A stretch of DNA of 64,000 nucleotides, taken from Prolixibacteraceae bacterium. GTDB lineage: Bacteria; Bacteroidota; Bacteroidia; Bacteroidales; Prolixibacteraceae. The position numbers were made by a program, and so were the translations under genes. The first letter of the stretch is position 1, and the number at the start of each line of letters is the position of its first letter. Below are positions 1 to 10,303 of this stretch, piece by piece. The stretch is taken from positions 5,881 through 69,880 of the forward strand of contig CAXXKK010000028.1 of NCBI GenBank assembly GCA_963676845.2, given 5' to 3'. The notes under the pieces were generated by a model that worked only from the letters and a program-made list of their open reading frames with translations, was not told the origin of the DNA and ran no database searches.

Positions 1-947
1 GCTTTTCCTTTTGCAATGCTGGCAATAATAAAAAACACCCAAATACCGCCAACGGTGAAGTATTCGCGCTGTGAATATGGTGTTTTAAAGTAACTTTTTA
101 TTTCATGAAAGAATGCAAAAAGTAAGAGGATTGTCCATGGAAGAATAAGGTAAAGCAAAGTATGTAAATAGAAGAAGTAATCGTTATTATTTCCAACATA
201 CGAGCCAGTAATTCGACCAACATTATTCGTAAAAAAGAAAAATTTAAGTCCTTCAACACCAAACTGATTATAGAGGCCTAAAAAAGCAGGAATGCTAACA
301 ACAAATGTAATTGCAATTCCGAGCAACCATTTAGGGTGGAATAATTCTTTAAAATCACGTTTCAACAGCAAATGAGAACCTAATGCAAAGGCTGGAATAA
401 CTGCCCCAATAGGGCCTTTTGTCATGACAGCAAGCCCTACACCAATAAAGGCAAAAACAAAGTGGGTATTTTTCTTGTACTTCTCATAAGCTGCCAATTG
501 CCAAATAGCAAGCGTTACGTTTGCCTGAAGAATAAGATCGGTGTGGACATCCATGGTAAACATGAAAAACACCCATGAAGTGGCCAGCATTAAAGCTGCA
601 AGTATTCCTGTTTTTTTATCGTATAAGGTTTCGCCCAGTTTGTAGGTAAACCAAAATCCGCCAAAACTGTAAAGGATGGGAAATATTTTAAATGACCAAT
701 TATGCAATCCGCCCAGCTTGAATCCCAAAGAAGCCAGCCAAAAAAGCAAAGGTGGTTTTTGATCATAAGCTTCTCCATGTATCTTTAGATTGATCCAATC
801 ACCACTTTCTATAATGTGCCGTGAAATTGCTCCATATTTTCCGGCATCACCTGTTAAGTCTATAAATAATCCTAAATAATAGGCTGTTATAAGAAGAATA
901 ATTGTAAATATTATTGCAAATATACTAGTTCCCAGACTTTTCATCAT
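1..947 (-). CDS. ArnT/PMT_2-like membrane glycosyltransferase (GT39-like); 3' end runs off the window
   Basis: Absent from the ORF track because it has no stop inside the window. Manual translation from ATGATG at 947 downward stays open to position 1: MMKSLGTSIFAIIF...GDAGKYGAISRHIIESGDWINLKIHGEAYDQKPPLLFW...MTKGPIG. It is multi-TM and has the same N-terminal signature as the neighbouring 521-aa paralogue. Confidence 0.7.
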   Translation of the reverse strand, partial: MMKSLGTSIFAIIFTIILLITAYYLGLFIDLTGDAGKYGAISRHIIESGDWINLKIHGEAYDQKPPLLFWLASLGFKLGGLHNWSFKIFPILYSFGGFWFTYKLGETLYDKKTGILAALMLATSWVFFMFTMDVHTDLILQANVTLAIWQLAAYEKYKKNTHFVFAFIGVGLAVMTKGPIGAVIPAFALGSHLLLKRDFKELFHPKWLLGIAITFVVSIPAFLGLYNQFGVEGLKFFFFTNNVGRITGSYVGNNNDYFFYLHTLLYLILPWTILLLFAFFHEIKSYFKTPYSQREYFTVGGIWVFFIIASIAKGK

Positions 948-1167
948 CTAAAGTATTTAGTGTTTAATTTAGATGAGAAAATTACTTTAATGACTGATTA
1001 TCAAGGTTTGATAATGGTTACTTCATGTTTATGAAAAGATTAAAAAGCCTGGCGTTTTATTAATTAGTTAAGGTTAGAGTTTGATATGATATAGCTCATT
1101 TAAGAGTAACTTAATTTAAATTTGAGATAGAGTTTAAACAGACTATTTAGCTTAAAAAGCACAGTAT

Positions 1168-2733
1168 TTAAGGCTGTGTTTTTTCTATTAGCACAGTTGT
1201 TGATGAATTAAAAATATCTTTAGCAGAGAATATGATCTTGTATGTTGAGTCAAACTGTATCCCCTCAATTTTATCCTGTGTTGAAATAATTAATCCTTTG
1301 GGGTAATTCTGAAAAAAGGAATCAAAATCATTTGCTTCAATCTTCCTGATTTCCTTTTTCTGATAGAAAGCATAGGAAGGATTAAACTTTTCAAAATAAG
1401 CCAATTCCCTGTTTTGTACCAATTCTTTACTATTCATAACCGGGTTCATATGATCGATAGCCGGATAAATAAAGACAAAAAATACAATCGATGTAAATAT
1501 CCCTGACAAAGCCTGAATAATCAGGAATTTATCCGCATTTTTTCTGTAAATCCATGCCAGTAGATTTATAAAAGGTAAGATGACCAACCATAATGCAATA
1601 TTACTTATTGACGCAAACGAAGTATCATATTTTATAGCAATAAAGCCTGCAATAGGAAGAATAATACTTAGGCCAAATAATGCGAAATATCCGATTTTTA
1701 AATGTTTAAATGAATATGCTTTCCGACTAAAAAATGATGCCATCAATATTGCAAGAAAAGGGTAAGCAGGAACTGTATAATTTATAAGCTTGGTTTGCGA
1801 AACAGAAAAGAAAGCAACAATAGTAATTCCTGCCACTATATTGAAAAGCAGAAATTGTTCTTTCTTGTTTTTGAAGGCAAAAACGATTGATTGAGGCAGG
1901 TATACCGAAAATGGAAACAGTCCGATAAACACAAATAACAAAGTAAGCAGAAAACTTCCACCATGACCTTCCATGGAACCTGAGAATCGGTCGATATTGT
2001 GTTTTAGAAAAAAGCCTTTGGTCCACTCCCACTCTGTTTCAATACCATTCAAGGTATACCAGGGCAAAACCAATGCTAACACAATTAAGATCCCGGCAAA
2101 TGGCTTTAATTTCAAGATAGTTTTCCACTTCAAATTACGTGAGAATATAAGGTATAATAGAAAAATAAGTCCCGGCAAAAGAATAGAAACAGGACCTTTG
2201 GACAGTGTTCCCATAGCCAATGCAAAATACATATAATAAACCTCGTTTTTGCTTCCATCGTTTAATGCCGAGAAGAATGCAAAATGGCTCCATACCATAA
2301 AAAATATAAGGTAAGGATCGGGAACAGCCAGGTGAAACTGAACCGAAAGATGAACAGAAGCCAGAAGAATAATTACGGTCCAGATTGCCATCTTTGCATC
2401 AGTAAATTTTCGCGTGTATAGAAATGTTATAAGAATAGTGAGTGCTCCGAATATTGCCGAGAAGAAGCGGGCTCCAAAAGGATTTACACCAAAAACAGAA
2501 TACGACAACATCATGAAAAAGTAATGCAAAGGTGGTTTGTCAGTCCTGAGCACACCATTAAAAGTAGGCACCAGAAAGTTTTCATTAGTAAACATTTCAC
2601 GGGCGCAAGTTGCATTTTTTGCTTCATCAAGAATGTAAATACTTACATCCCAACTATTAAATAAATACAATCCTGTAGCTACCAGAAAAATAATGAGAGG
2701 TAAATATTTTTTCTGAATAATATTATCTATCAT
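1168..2733 (-). CDS. ArnT/PMT_2-like membrane glycosyltransferase (GT39-like)
   Basis: 521-aa polytopic protein. The N-terminal loop DEAKNATCAREMFTNENFLVPTFNGVLRTDKPPLHYFFM is typical of undecaprenyl/dolichyl-phosphate-sugar dependent transferases. Confidence 0.75.
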   Translation of the reverse strand: MIDNIIQKKYLPLIIFLVATGLYLFNSWDVSIYILDEAKNATCAREMFTNENFLVPTFNGVLRTDKPPLHYFFMMLSYSVFGVNPFGARFFSAIFGALTILITFLYTRKFTDAKMAIWTVIILLASVHLSVQFHLAVPDPYLIFFMVWSHFAFFSALNDGSKNEVYYMYFALAMGTLSKGPVSILLPGLIFLLYLIFSRNLKWKTILKLKPFAGILIVLALVLPWYTLNGIETEWEWTKGFFLKHNIDRFSGSMEGHGGSFLLTLLFVFIGLFPFSVYLPQSIVFAFKNKKEQFLLFNIVAGITIVAFFSVSQTKLINYTVPAYPFLAILMASFFSRKAYSFKHLKIGYFALFGLSIILPIAGFIAIKYDTSFASISNIALWLVILPFINLLAWIYRKNADKFLIIQALSGIFTSIVFFVFIYPAIDHMNPVMNSKELVQNRELAYFEKFNPSYAFYQKKEIRKIEANDFDSFFQNYPKGLIISTQDKIEGIQFDSTYKIIFSAKDIFNSSTTVLIEKTQP

Positions 2734-3142
2734 ACAAACTGATTATAGAAAATTGTGATGAATCTAAACATTTTAGCAAATCTCAAAGGATTAAAAACAT
2801 TACAAATTCATTACAATTAAAATGTCTTCAATATCTTTTCTGATGCGAACAAGAATGAAATTAACCTTTCTGTTTCCACAAAGAACAATTTGTTTGTTAA
2901 GTGTGGAACCTTATGACACATATTAGGAATTATCAATTAAAACACAGTATACCAGAGACATAAATCGTTATTAATTAAGAGTACATTTACATCTTAACTT
3001 TAATTCAAACTATAATTAACAAATTATAATTTGAGATAATAATGATCTTACATATTCATAAAACACTCATAAAACGCTTAGTGATTAAAGAATAAAATTT
3101 TGTGCAGACTTTTAAACCTGTTGAATCTAATGTTATCTGAAA

Positions 3143-3835
3143 ATGAAACGGATTTTAAATGTCAACAGGTATTTTGTTGTTCCTTATCTGGTATTCCTTT
3201 TAATTAGTATTGTAACAATAATATTTGTAAGTAAAGCCCAAATCCATATTGAGCTAAACAAACTTAATTCTCCATTCTTAGATCAATTCTTTAAACGGGT
3301 TACTCTGCTTGGTAATGGGATCTTTTATTTACTATTACTGATCGTTCTGTTATTATATAGCTATCGGTGGTCTATTGCTTTTGTTGCTTCAGTTGCAATT
3401 AGCAACCTTATGGTTTTTATAGGCAAACAAATTCTTTTTAAAGAAGCACTACGTCCTACTCTATATTTTGAAATTTACGGGAATTACAAGTTGCATCTGG
3501 TTGAAGGAGTTAAATTACACACCTTAGACAGTTTCCCTTCTGGTCATGCAACTACTGCATTTACTCTGTTTATTATGCTTGCCTTTGTTGTTCGGAACAA
3601 TACTCTGAAGTTTCTATGTTTTGTATTAGCATTGCTCATAGGGTATTCCCGAATCTATTTGTCACAACATTTTTTAGTTGATGTTGTTGCCGGTTCTGTA
3701 ATTGGAGTTATTAGCGTGCTGTTGATGTGGTATTTATCTAAAAAATGGGAACTTAGCTGGATGGATAAATCACTTTTGAGCGGCATAAAAACTCCCAAAA
3801 TTGGTCTGCAACTCAAATGGGACAGATTATCATGA
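3143..3835 (+). CDS. PAP2-family lipid phosphatase
   Basis: Acid-phosphatase motifs SFPSGHATTAF and SRIYLSQHFLVDVVAGSVIG, with about 6 TM segments. Transcribed divergently from the GT39 pair. Confidence 0.8.
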   Translation: MKRILNVNRYFVVPYLVFLLISIVTIIFVSKAQIHIELNKLNSPFLDQFFKRVTLLGNGIFYLLLLIVLLLYSYRWSIAFVASVAISNLMVFIGKQILFKEALRPTLYFEIYGNYKLHLVEGVKLHTLDSFPSGHATTAFTLFIMLAFVVRNNTLKFLCFVLALLIGYSRIYLSQHFLVDVVAGSVIGVISVLLMWYLSKKWELSWMDKSLLSGIKTPKIGLQLKWDRLS

Positions 3836-3886
3836 ACAAAAAAGGTTATCTGTTTGAGATAACCTTTTTTATTATTTTTCTTCAAC

Positions 3887-5473
3887 TTAAATTACAGTAA
3901 TAATTACTCTGTGATAATGAGTTAAGGCTGGCGAGCCGTTATCAACGGCTTCAAGTACCATGTGAATAGTTTCTCCGGGCTGGGCATCTTCAGGAACAAT
4001 AACAGTTGTTGATGCGGATGCTGGATCAGCAGCAAAAACCTCTCCTTTATAGCTATTTACCATGAATTGCATCCAGGTAGTAAAAACATCATCTCCGTCA
4101 GGATCAGAAACTTTTGCATCAAGCTGAACGGTTTCTCCCGGTTTTGCAGAAATATTCAAAGGAGCAGATATCTCAGGATCATGGTTTGCATCCTCATAAT
4201 TTGGAGTTACTGACCATTGAAAACGGGCAGCTAATCCATTTTGTGCTGCCGGAAAGAAATCAGGGAAATCAGGGTTTGAATTGCGCCCCATGTAAGCAGC
4301 CATTGCATCTGGATTATCCAGTAATGAATTTAAATCGATCGGTCCTTGTTGCTCTTGTGTATTTTCGATTCTTCGTCCAGACCAGCCACCGTAGCTTTGA
4401 TCTTCCCATGCTCTTAGTCCATTACCAATAAAATTCAAATAGGTAGGCGTATCTCCTTCACCTAAAAATGAACCTTTAGGCAAAATAGATGTCCATACGA
4501 TATATCCCATATCACGAAGCTCATCTTCAGTATATTCCGAGAAACCGAAGAAATCAAAAATATCACCTTTTACAAACTGTTTGCCATCGCCCCAAACACG
4601 GTATAATTCACCCAAAGGACCTTTGCTACGAATATTTTCCTGAACCCATTCAGGCTCATGATAAAAAGCATATTCGGGTTTAAGGCTAGCCTGAGCATTG
4701 TAGCCAAGACTTACATTTCCTCCTCTTGTTTCCAGAGTCTCAATCTCTGGCCAGTTAGGTTGAATATAGTTCGCATAAGTATCATCCTGATCTCCGGATA
4801 GGCTTAAAACTACTTTATCAGATATTTTCTTGTAGATACTCTCCCATTCTGGTGTCCCTTTATATGTATCTTCAATTGATTTTAAAGCTCGTGAAATTGT
4901 ACTGGCACCACCCCATGCAGTTACAAATAACGGTCCTGGCTCATCATCAAGCATTAGTGATTTAATAAGCTCAGAACCTTCTGTATCCTTAGAAAAATCA
5001 CCATCAAATTCAACATTTCCCCATTTGATTTTTGATTTCAAATATTCAGGTGTAGGATAGTCCGGATCATGAATTTTCAGGTTTGGATATACCTCTTCGT
5101 AAGCCTCAACAGCATCATCAATAAAACGCTCTCCGTCTCTCCATCTCCAGGATTCCATTGGCCCATAATCTAAACCATAACGGGTATATTCACGGCCGTC
5201 AACAAACCATTTAGTCCCTTGCCCATCACCTTTCCAGTGATATTGACTACTGGCATATACCAGGCCTTCAATATCAAAATCGGTGCTGTAAAGTAAAAAA
5301 CGTATCAAAGAATTATTATCATCCAGCTCGGGGTCACAGGTAATCACAATGCGTGGTTTCACTTCCTCAACATCCGATGTATTTGTTTGATTTGCACAAC
5401 CAGACATCAGAAGCATTATTGCCAATCCGACGAATAGTGCCTGGGATTTTAGTTTGATATTGTGTGAAGACAT
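3887..5473 (-). CDS. DUF1593 (Sde182-type, nucleoside-hydrolase-like N-domain plus Ig-like C-domain) lipoprotein
   Basis: Lipobox LMSGC. Contains RIVITCDPELDDNNSLIRFLLYSTDFDIEGLVYASSQYHWKGDGQG and the C-terminal stretch NHDPEISAP...DPDGDD...VDNGSP. Intact paralogue of 52937..54476. Confidence 0.7.
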   Translation of the reverse strand: MSSHNIKLKSQALFVGLAIMLLMSGCANQTNTSDVEEVKPRIVITCDPELDDNNSLIRFLLYSTDFDIEGLVYASSQYHWKGDGQGTKWFVDGREYTRYGLDYGPMESWRWRDGERFIDDAVEAYEEVYPNLKIHDPDYPTPEYLKSKIKWGNVEFDGDFSKDTEGSELIKSLMLDDEPGPLFVTAWGGASTISRALKSIEDTYKGTPEWESIYKKISDKVVLSLSGDQDDTYANYIQPNWPEIETLETRGGNVSLGYNAQASLKPEYAFYHEPEWVQENIRSKGPLGELYRVWGDGKQFVKGDIFDFFGFSEYTEDELRDMGYIVWTSILPKGSFLGEGDTPTYLNFIGNGLRAWEDQSYGGWSGRRIENTQEQQGPIDLNSLLDNPDAMAAYMGRNSNPDFPDFFPAAQNGLAARFQWSVTPNYEDANHDPEISAPLNISAKPGETVQLDAKVSDPDGDDVFTTWMQFMVNSYKGEVFAADPASASTTVIVPEDAQPGETIHMVLEAVDNGSPALTHYHRVIITVI

Positions 5474-5493
5474 ATTTTTTTATTTTGAAGTCA

Positions 5494-6210
5494 TTAATTA
5501 GGGAAAGCTAAAAATGGCAGTTGTATCTCTCCCAACTTCTTATAACCTAATTCATTCATATGAATAGGATCACGGTAATAAGTGTCTTTATTGTAAATAT
5601 TATAGCCACCTAATGAAAACTGATCCAGGTAAGGTATTCCGTGAAGTTCGCATATTTGCTTTTGCATGTCAACGTATTCTACCATACTTTCAGCTATAAA
5701 TGGATCGTAAGCGCCTCTATCATTAAAAGCTTTGCTTGACGTGAAAAAGTAAATGGTTGCTTCCGGGTTTTTCTCATATATCTTTTTGATGCAATAATTG
5801 ATTCCACCAGCCTGAGTAACCAGCTTGGATTCATTGTAGCCATCAAATTCAGTATAGTCGGTGTACATACCAACTTCTCTCCCATTGGTATAATCATTGG
5901 TTGATGCCCAAAGAACGTAAATATCAAATACTCCGGCTTCGTCAATTTGTTGTTGTAAGGATTTTCCCTGTAGAGAAGAAAAACCTGCACCAGGCACGCC
6001 AAAATCAGTAATTGTCATTCCCAGGTATTCGCGCCACATATCTTTCGCCCCATTACTAGGTGGAATCACAGAAACAGATCCTCCAAAAACAGCAACTGTT
6101 TTTCCATAGTTTAGAGATCCTTCATAAACGGTTTTATCTGGCCCGGATTGAGCAAAAGACTGCGTTATAAACAGTAAAAATACGAGAGTAAGTAAATTGA
6201 TATTTTTCAT
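5494..6210 (-). CDS. SGNH/GDSL-like hydrolase (secreted esterase)
   Basis: Signal peptide present. Block I VAVFGGSVS, block III WASTNDY, block V DPIHMNELGY. Confidence 0.65.
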   Translation of the reverse strand: MKNINLLTLVFLLFITQSFAQSGPDKTVYEGSLNYGKTVAVFGGSVSVIPPSNGAKDMWREYLGMTITDFGVPGAGFSSLQGKSLQQQIDEAGVFDIYVLWASTNDYTNGREVGMYTDYTEFDGYNESKLVTQAGGINYCIKKIYEKNPEATIYFFTSSKAFNDRGAYDPFIAESMVEYVDMQKQICELHGIPYLDQFSLGGYNIYNKDTYYRDPIHMNELGYKKLGEIQLPFLAFPN

Positions 6211-6259
6211 GTGTTAGGTTTATTGGGTTAGTTATTACGAAAAAACTTATATGTATGTC

Positions 6260-6280
6260 ATCCTGAACTTGTTTCAGGAT
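6260..6280 (-). terminator. Hairpin downstream of kdsA (8-bp stem atcctgaa/ttcaggat)
   Basis: Perfect 8-bp inverted repeat with a 5-nt loop, about 60 nt after the kdsA stop. The T-run on the minus strand starts only about 15 nt later, so terminator function is uncertain. Confidence 0.35.
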
Positions 6281-6341
6281 CTTTTGCAATTAGATAAAGG
6301 TTCTGAAATAAGTTAAGGATAGCAGCTAGCTCGTCAAATTG

Positions 6342-7148
6342 TTATAGGCTATCCACTGTTGCTTTTAACTTAACCATTTTGGTAAGAAGATCTTCCAATA
6401 AATCAAGCCTTAGCATATTTGCTCCATCTGATTTTGCAATAGAAGGATCCGAATGAGTTTCAATAAACAGTCCATCTGCACCAACAGCAATACCTGCTTT
6501 GGCAACTGTTTCAATTAATTCAGGTTTTCCACCAGTAACACCCGATGTTTGGTTGGGTTGTTGCAATGAATGTGTAATATCAAGTATTACCGGACAATTA
6601 TTCTTTTTCATTTCTGGAATTCCCCGATAATCAACAACTAAATCCTGATACCCAAATGTTGTTCCACGCTCGGTTAACATGACATTATCGTTTCCACTGT
6701 CTCTCAATTTTGTAACAGCAAATTGCATTGCATCGGCAGATAGAAATTGTCCTTTCTTAATATTTACGACTTTTCCTGTTTCTGCAGCAGCAACTAAAAT
6801 GTCGGTTTGCCGACAAAGAAATGCTGGTATTTGAAGTACATCAACATATTCTGCTGCCATAGCAGCTTCCTGTGCTGAATGAATATCAGTTACAGTTGGA
6901 ATATCAAATTTCTCACCAACAGCTTTTAGTATTTTAAGCGCTTTTTCATCTCCAATTCCTGTAAAGGAATCAATTCTCGAACGATTTGCTTTTCGGTAAG
7001 AACCTTTAAAAACAAAAGGTATTTCAAGCTTATAAGATATTTCGTTAATCTTTTCAGCTATTTCAAAAGCCATTTCTTCACCTTCAATAACACAAGGGCC
7101 GGCAAGCAAAATAAAATTCTTACCTGGAAAATTTATTTTTGGAATCAT
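6342..7148 (-). CDS. kdsA: 3-deoxy-8-phosphooctulonate (KDO-8-P) synthase
   Basis: LLAGPCVIE, FKGSYRKANRS, DITHSLQQPN; length 268 aa. Confidence 0.9.
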   Translation of the reverse strand: MIPKINFPGKNFILLAGPCVIEGEEMAFEIAEKINEISYKLEIPFVFKGSYRKANRSRIDSFTGIGDEKALKILKAVGEKFDIPTVTDIHSAQEAAMAAEYVDVLQIPAFLCRQTDILVAAAETGKVVNIKKGQFLSADAMQFAVTKLRDSGNDNVMLTERGTTFGYQDLVVDYRGIPEMKKNNCPVILDITHSLQQPNQTSGVTGGKPELIETVAKAGIAVGADGLFIETHSDPSIAKSDGANMLRLDLLEDLLTKMVKLKATVDSL

Positions 7149-7261
7149 TTCAATATTTTTTCACGAATATACAAAAGAGATACACTTTTTAAAGCCTTCA
7201 TTGGTAAAAGGAAAAGTATTATATCGTTTAAACGAAGTAAGATTCTACATTAAGCCAATCG

Positions 7262-9160
7262 TTATGACCTTTTCCCTTTATATTCTAATACAAGAATACT
7301 AATATCATCAGCCTGGGGAGCATTTCCTCTATGGGCATCAAGTGCATCCAATAAATGATCGACAATACTTTGAGCCGATTTATTTTTTAGTTTTTCGATG
7401 TCTCTTGATAATTTTTCCATTCCATAAAATTCAGCTGATGCATTTTTGTTATCGGTAACACCATCTGTATAAAGCACTATTTTATCACCTTTCCCTAAAA
7501 CAATTGAATCTGCGTTATACGATTTGTTGGGATATAACCCCAGAGGAAGCCCGTGAGAGGTATCCATCGTAATAATTATATCAGCATTTTTTCGAATGAG
7601 GTATGGGTAATTATGTGCAGCATTACAATAGCTCAATACTCCTGTTTCTGTATCCAAAATACCCAAAAAGAGCGTTAGAAAATTCTGACCGTAGTTCTGA
7701 AAACTCAATTCATTATTTACCTGTTCCATTATGTGCTTGGGAGATAAGAAGGTAGCTTTACTCTTAATTAGGGTATGTGCAACAGCCATAAACAGAGCTG
7801 CCGGAATTCCTTTTCCCGACACATCTCCCATAGTGAATAATATATGATTGGAATCAATGAAAAAATAATCATATAAATCTCCGCCAATGCTTTCTGCAGG
7901 CATTAAAGATGCATATAATTCAATATCAGGTCGATCAGGGAAAGCCGGATAGGTACTTGGAATAATTGCTGTTTGAATTTCTTTAGCAGACCTCAGGTCT
8001 TTTTCATATTTCTTTCTTTCCTTTTTTGTCTGTTCCTGTTCTTCAACAACAATTTTATATTTCAGTTGAAGTTCTTTTAGGCTATCATTCAGTAAATCAA
8101 CTTCATTTTTATTTTTTCTGGTCTTTCTGCCTTCAAAACTAAAGTTTTGTATAGAATTAACAACAGAAGACAGAGGATGGAACATTTTGCGAAAAAGAAG
8201 TATTATAACAAGTAAGACAACAAGCATCCCAAACATAGCGAAAAGGATACTCCTATATAAAATGATGTTTAAATCCCTGTAAAGGCTTTTTGTTGGGGCT
8301 AATATCACAGCATACCAGTTTGTATTATTAATTGGACTATAATAAACCCAGCTTTTTTTATTATTGTTTATCTTAGGGAAAATCGAACCAGAATAGGATT
8401 CTCGTGTATTGTTCAGAAGAGTTGATAAATCCAGCTCTTCTGGAACAAGATCCTCTCCCTGAGAATAAACCGTTTCATTTAACGTATAAGTAGATTCCGG
8501 ATGAGTTATAAAAGTACCATCATCATTAATAATGAAAACTTTCCAGTCAGAATTGTTTTCAATATCCAGTATAATTTCTTTCAAAAAGTTCAGACTAATC
8601 TGTGCATACAATATTTTTTCTAAGTCTCCATTTGATGACAAAATTGGTTGAGCATAGACACTAACCATTTCAACAGAATCATAAACACAAAAGAAAGGGT
8701 CAGACCACGATGCAACTCCTGTTTCAGTAACATTTTTCTTTAAATTAATCAGTTCGTCATTCAATTCTCCGTCAAAACCGTTTGTTGTCACATCGAATTC
8801 ATTTTCGCTAACTCTGATAATCGAAAATAATTCTACGTTTTCACCATATGATTCAAGGTATAAAGCTTTGATTGTAGGGTTTGTTCTTATAACCTGCTTA
8901 TAGAAAAGGTCGAGGTTACCATGCGAATTATAAAATTCAGTTTGCTTAGCAACATTGTTAGACACATACTGAGCCGTAAGTATACTTTGTGTTACCTCAT
9001 TTGTTATTAATGTTCCCTGTTGTTTCGCAGAAACTTGAACATTCTGAGTTATAATATTTCTGCTGAATGTGTAATTTAAAACAACGACAACCAGCATAAC
9101 AATCATAACAATTGTCAGTACATAAATACCTAGTTGAAATGCAATACTTTTTTTGTTCAT
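7262..9160 (-). CDS. Membrane sensor PP2C/SpoIIE-family serine phosphatase (extracytoplasmic Cache-like domain, HAMP)
   Basis: N-terminal TM, about 270-aa periplasmic domain, second TM, then the C-terminal motifs GGDLYDYF, GDVSGKGIPAALFMA, LYTDGVTD, DDISILVLEY. Confidence 0.8.
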   Translation of the reverse strand: MNKKSIAFQLGIYVLTIVMIVMLVVVVLNYTFSRNIITQNVQVSAKQQGTLITNEVTQSILTAQYVSNNVAKQTEFYNSHGNLDLFYKQVIRTNPTIKALYLESYGENVELFSIIRVSENEFDVTTNGFDGELNDELINLKKNVTETGVASWSDPFFCVYDSVEMVSVYAQPILSSNGDLEKILYAQISLNFLKEIILDIENNSDWKVFIINDDGTFITHPESTYTLNETVYSQGEDLVPEELDLSTLLNNTRESYSGSIFPKINNNKKSWVYYSPINNTNWYAVILAPTKSLYRDLNIILYRSILFAMFGMLVVLLVIILLFRKMFHPLSSVVNSIQNFSFEGRKTRKNKNEVDLLNDSLKELQLKYKIVVEEQEQTKKERKKYEKDLRSAKEIQTAIIPSTYPAFPDRPDIELYASLMPAESIGGDLYDYFFIDSNHILFTMGDVSGKGIPAALFMAVAHTLIKSKATFLSPKHIMEQVNNELSFQNYGQNFLTLFLGILDTETGVLSYCNAAHNYPYLIRKNADIIITMDTSHGLPLGLYPNKSYNADSIVLGKGDKIVLYTDGVTDNKNASAEFYGMEKLSRDIEKLKNKSAQSIVDHLLDALDAHRGNAPQADDISILVLEYKGKRS

Positions 9161-9207
9161 TAGGCCTTATCTTCAAGGAGATATACAAGTTATGAAAAAT
9201 ATGGTTC

Positions 9208-10089
9208 TTATAGGAAACTATTTTTGTTAATCTTCTTTAACCAATCTCTTGTTCCTTCATGCATACACGTTTCGCTGGCTAGTCTTGATGCTAATTCCAA
9301 GCTTTTAATGAAATCATTTTCCTTAAGCCAATAATAACAAAATGCCCCATGAAGAAAATCTCCTGCTCCCAGTGAATCCTTAATCTTGGAAGGAACTATT
9401 TTTATAAAACTTTGCTTCTCATTTTCCCAAACAACAATAGGATTACTGCCTTTACTGATTGCTATTTTGTTAATTCCATAGGATTTTAAAAATTCAATAA
9501 TTTCATTGTCTGTATTGCAATTTGGCGGATGAAAATTTGCGGAACAGATAGCAATATCAACATAGGGTAATAAATCCGGCAAATGTTCTTTCCAGCTACC
9601 ACCATCGAATACGACTGGGATTCCTCGGTTCTTAGCCTCTTCGCACATCTTCTTTGACATTCGGGGATAAAACCCATCGATCATTAAGAGTTCCGGCTTT
9701 TGAATTGAGAAGATATTTTTAACATTTAGGTCTGTTTTTATATCAATCGGATGATGTGTGAAAATAGTTCTGTCACCATTGCTCTTCGTTGTTATTACTG
9801 AAGCTAATATTGGATTAATATCCTGATCGTCTCCAATATCTATAATTGAAACACCATGCTCTTTTAAATCGTTTAACATTCCAGGTTTAAATACATTTTT
9901 GCCAATTGCTGTAATAAGCGATGTATTTTCTTTTCCCGATAAAAACGCGTAAGCAACAGCTGCATTTGTTGCCGGACCACCAGTATATATAGATGGATCT
10001 TCTGATTTAACTTTGACATTTGGCTGAGGAAACTCATCAATGAAATAATGAATATCCAATGTGGTTAAGCCTGCGAATAAAACACTCAT
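9208..10089 (-). CDS. PfkB-family carbohydrate kinase
   Basis: GGPATNAAVA near the N-terminus and the DSLGAGDFLHGAF ATP-binding motif near the C-terminus. Confidence 0.75.
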   Translation of the reverse strand: MSVLFAGLTTLDIHYFIDEFPQPNVKVKSEDPSIYTGGPATNAAVAYAFLSGKENTSLITAIGKNVFKPGMLNDLKEHGVSIIDIGDDQDINPILASVITTKSNGDRTIFTHHPIDIKTDLNVKNIFSIQKPELLMIDGFYPRMSKKMCEEAKNRGIPVVFDGGSWKEHLPDLLPYVDIAICSANFHPPNCNTDNEIIEFLKSYGINKIAISKGSNPIVVWENEKQSFIKIVPSKIKDSLGAGDFLHGAFCYYWLKENDFIKSLELASRLASETCMHEGTRDWLKKINKNSFL

Positions 10090-10303
10090 AATTTTCTTCT
10101 GCCCAATTACAGTGGCAATAATACTTATTCGTCTTCAAAATATAGCATATCCGACTAAACTATTCGATATTTAATACGTTCTGTCATTAAAAATTAATTT
10201 AAACGAAAAAGAAGGATGTTTAATCCAAATATTAATTTACCGTTTTCCTTGTGGATAAAGGGATATTTTGAATAGTAGAATTCTTTTAATCGTTATGGAA
10301 TAT

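Noticed and set aside
6256-6285. The hairpin gtcatcctgaacttgtttcaggatc, considered as a possible REP-like dispersed repeat.
   Set aside because: Only one copy is present in this window, so repeat status cannot be supported here. It is kept only as a weak terminator candidate.
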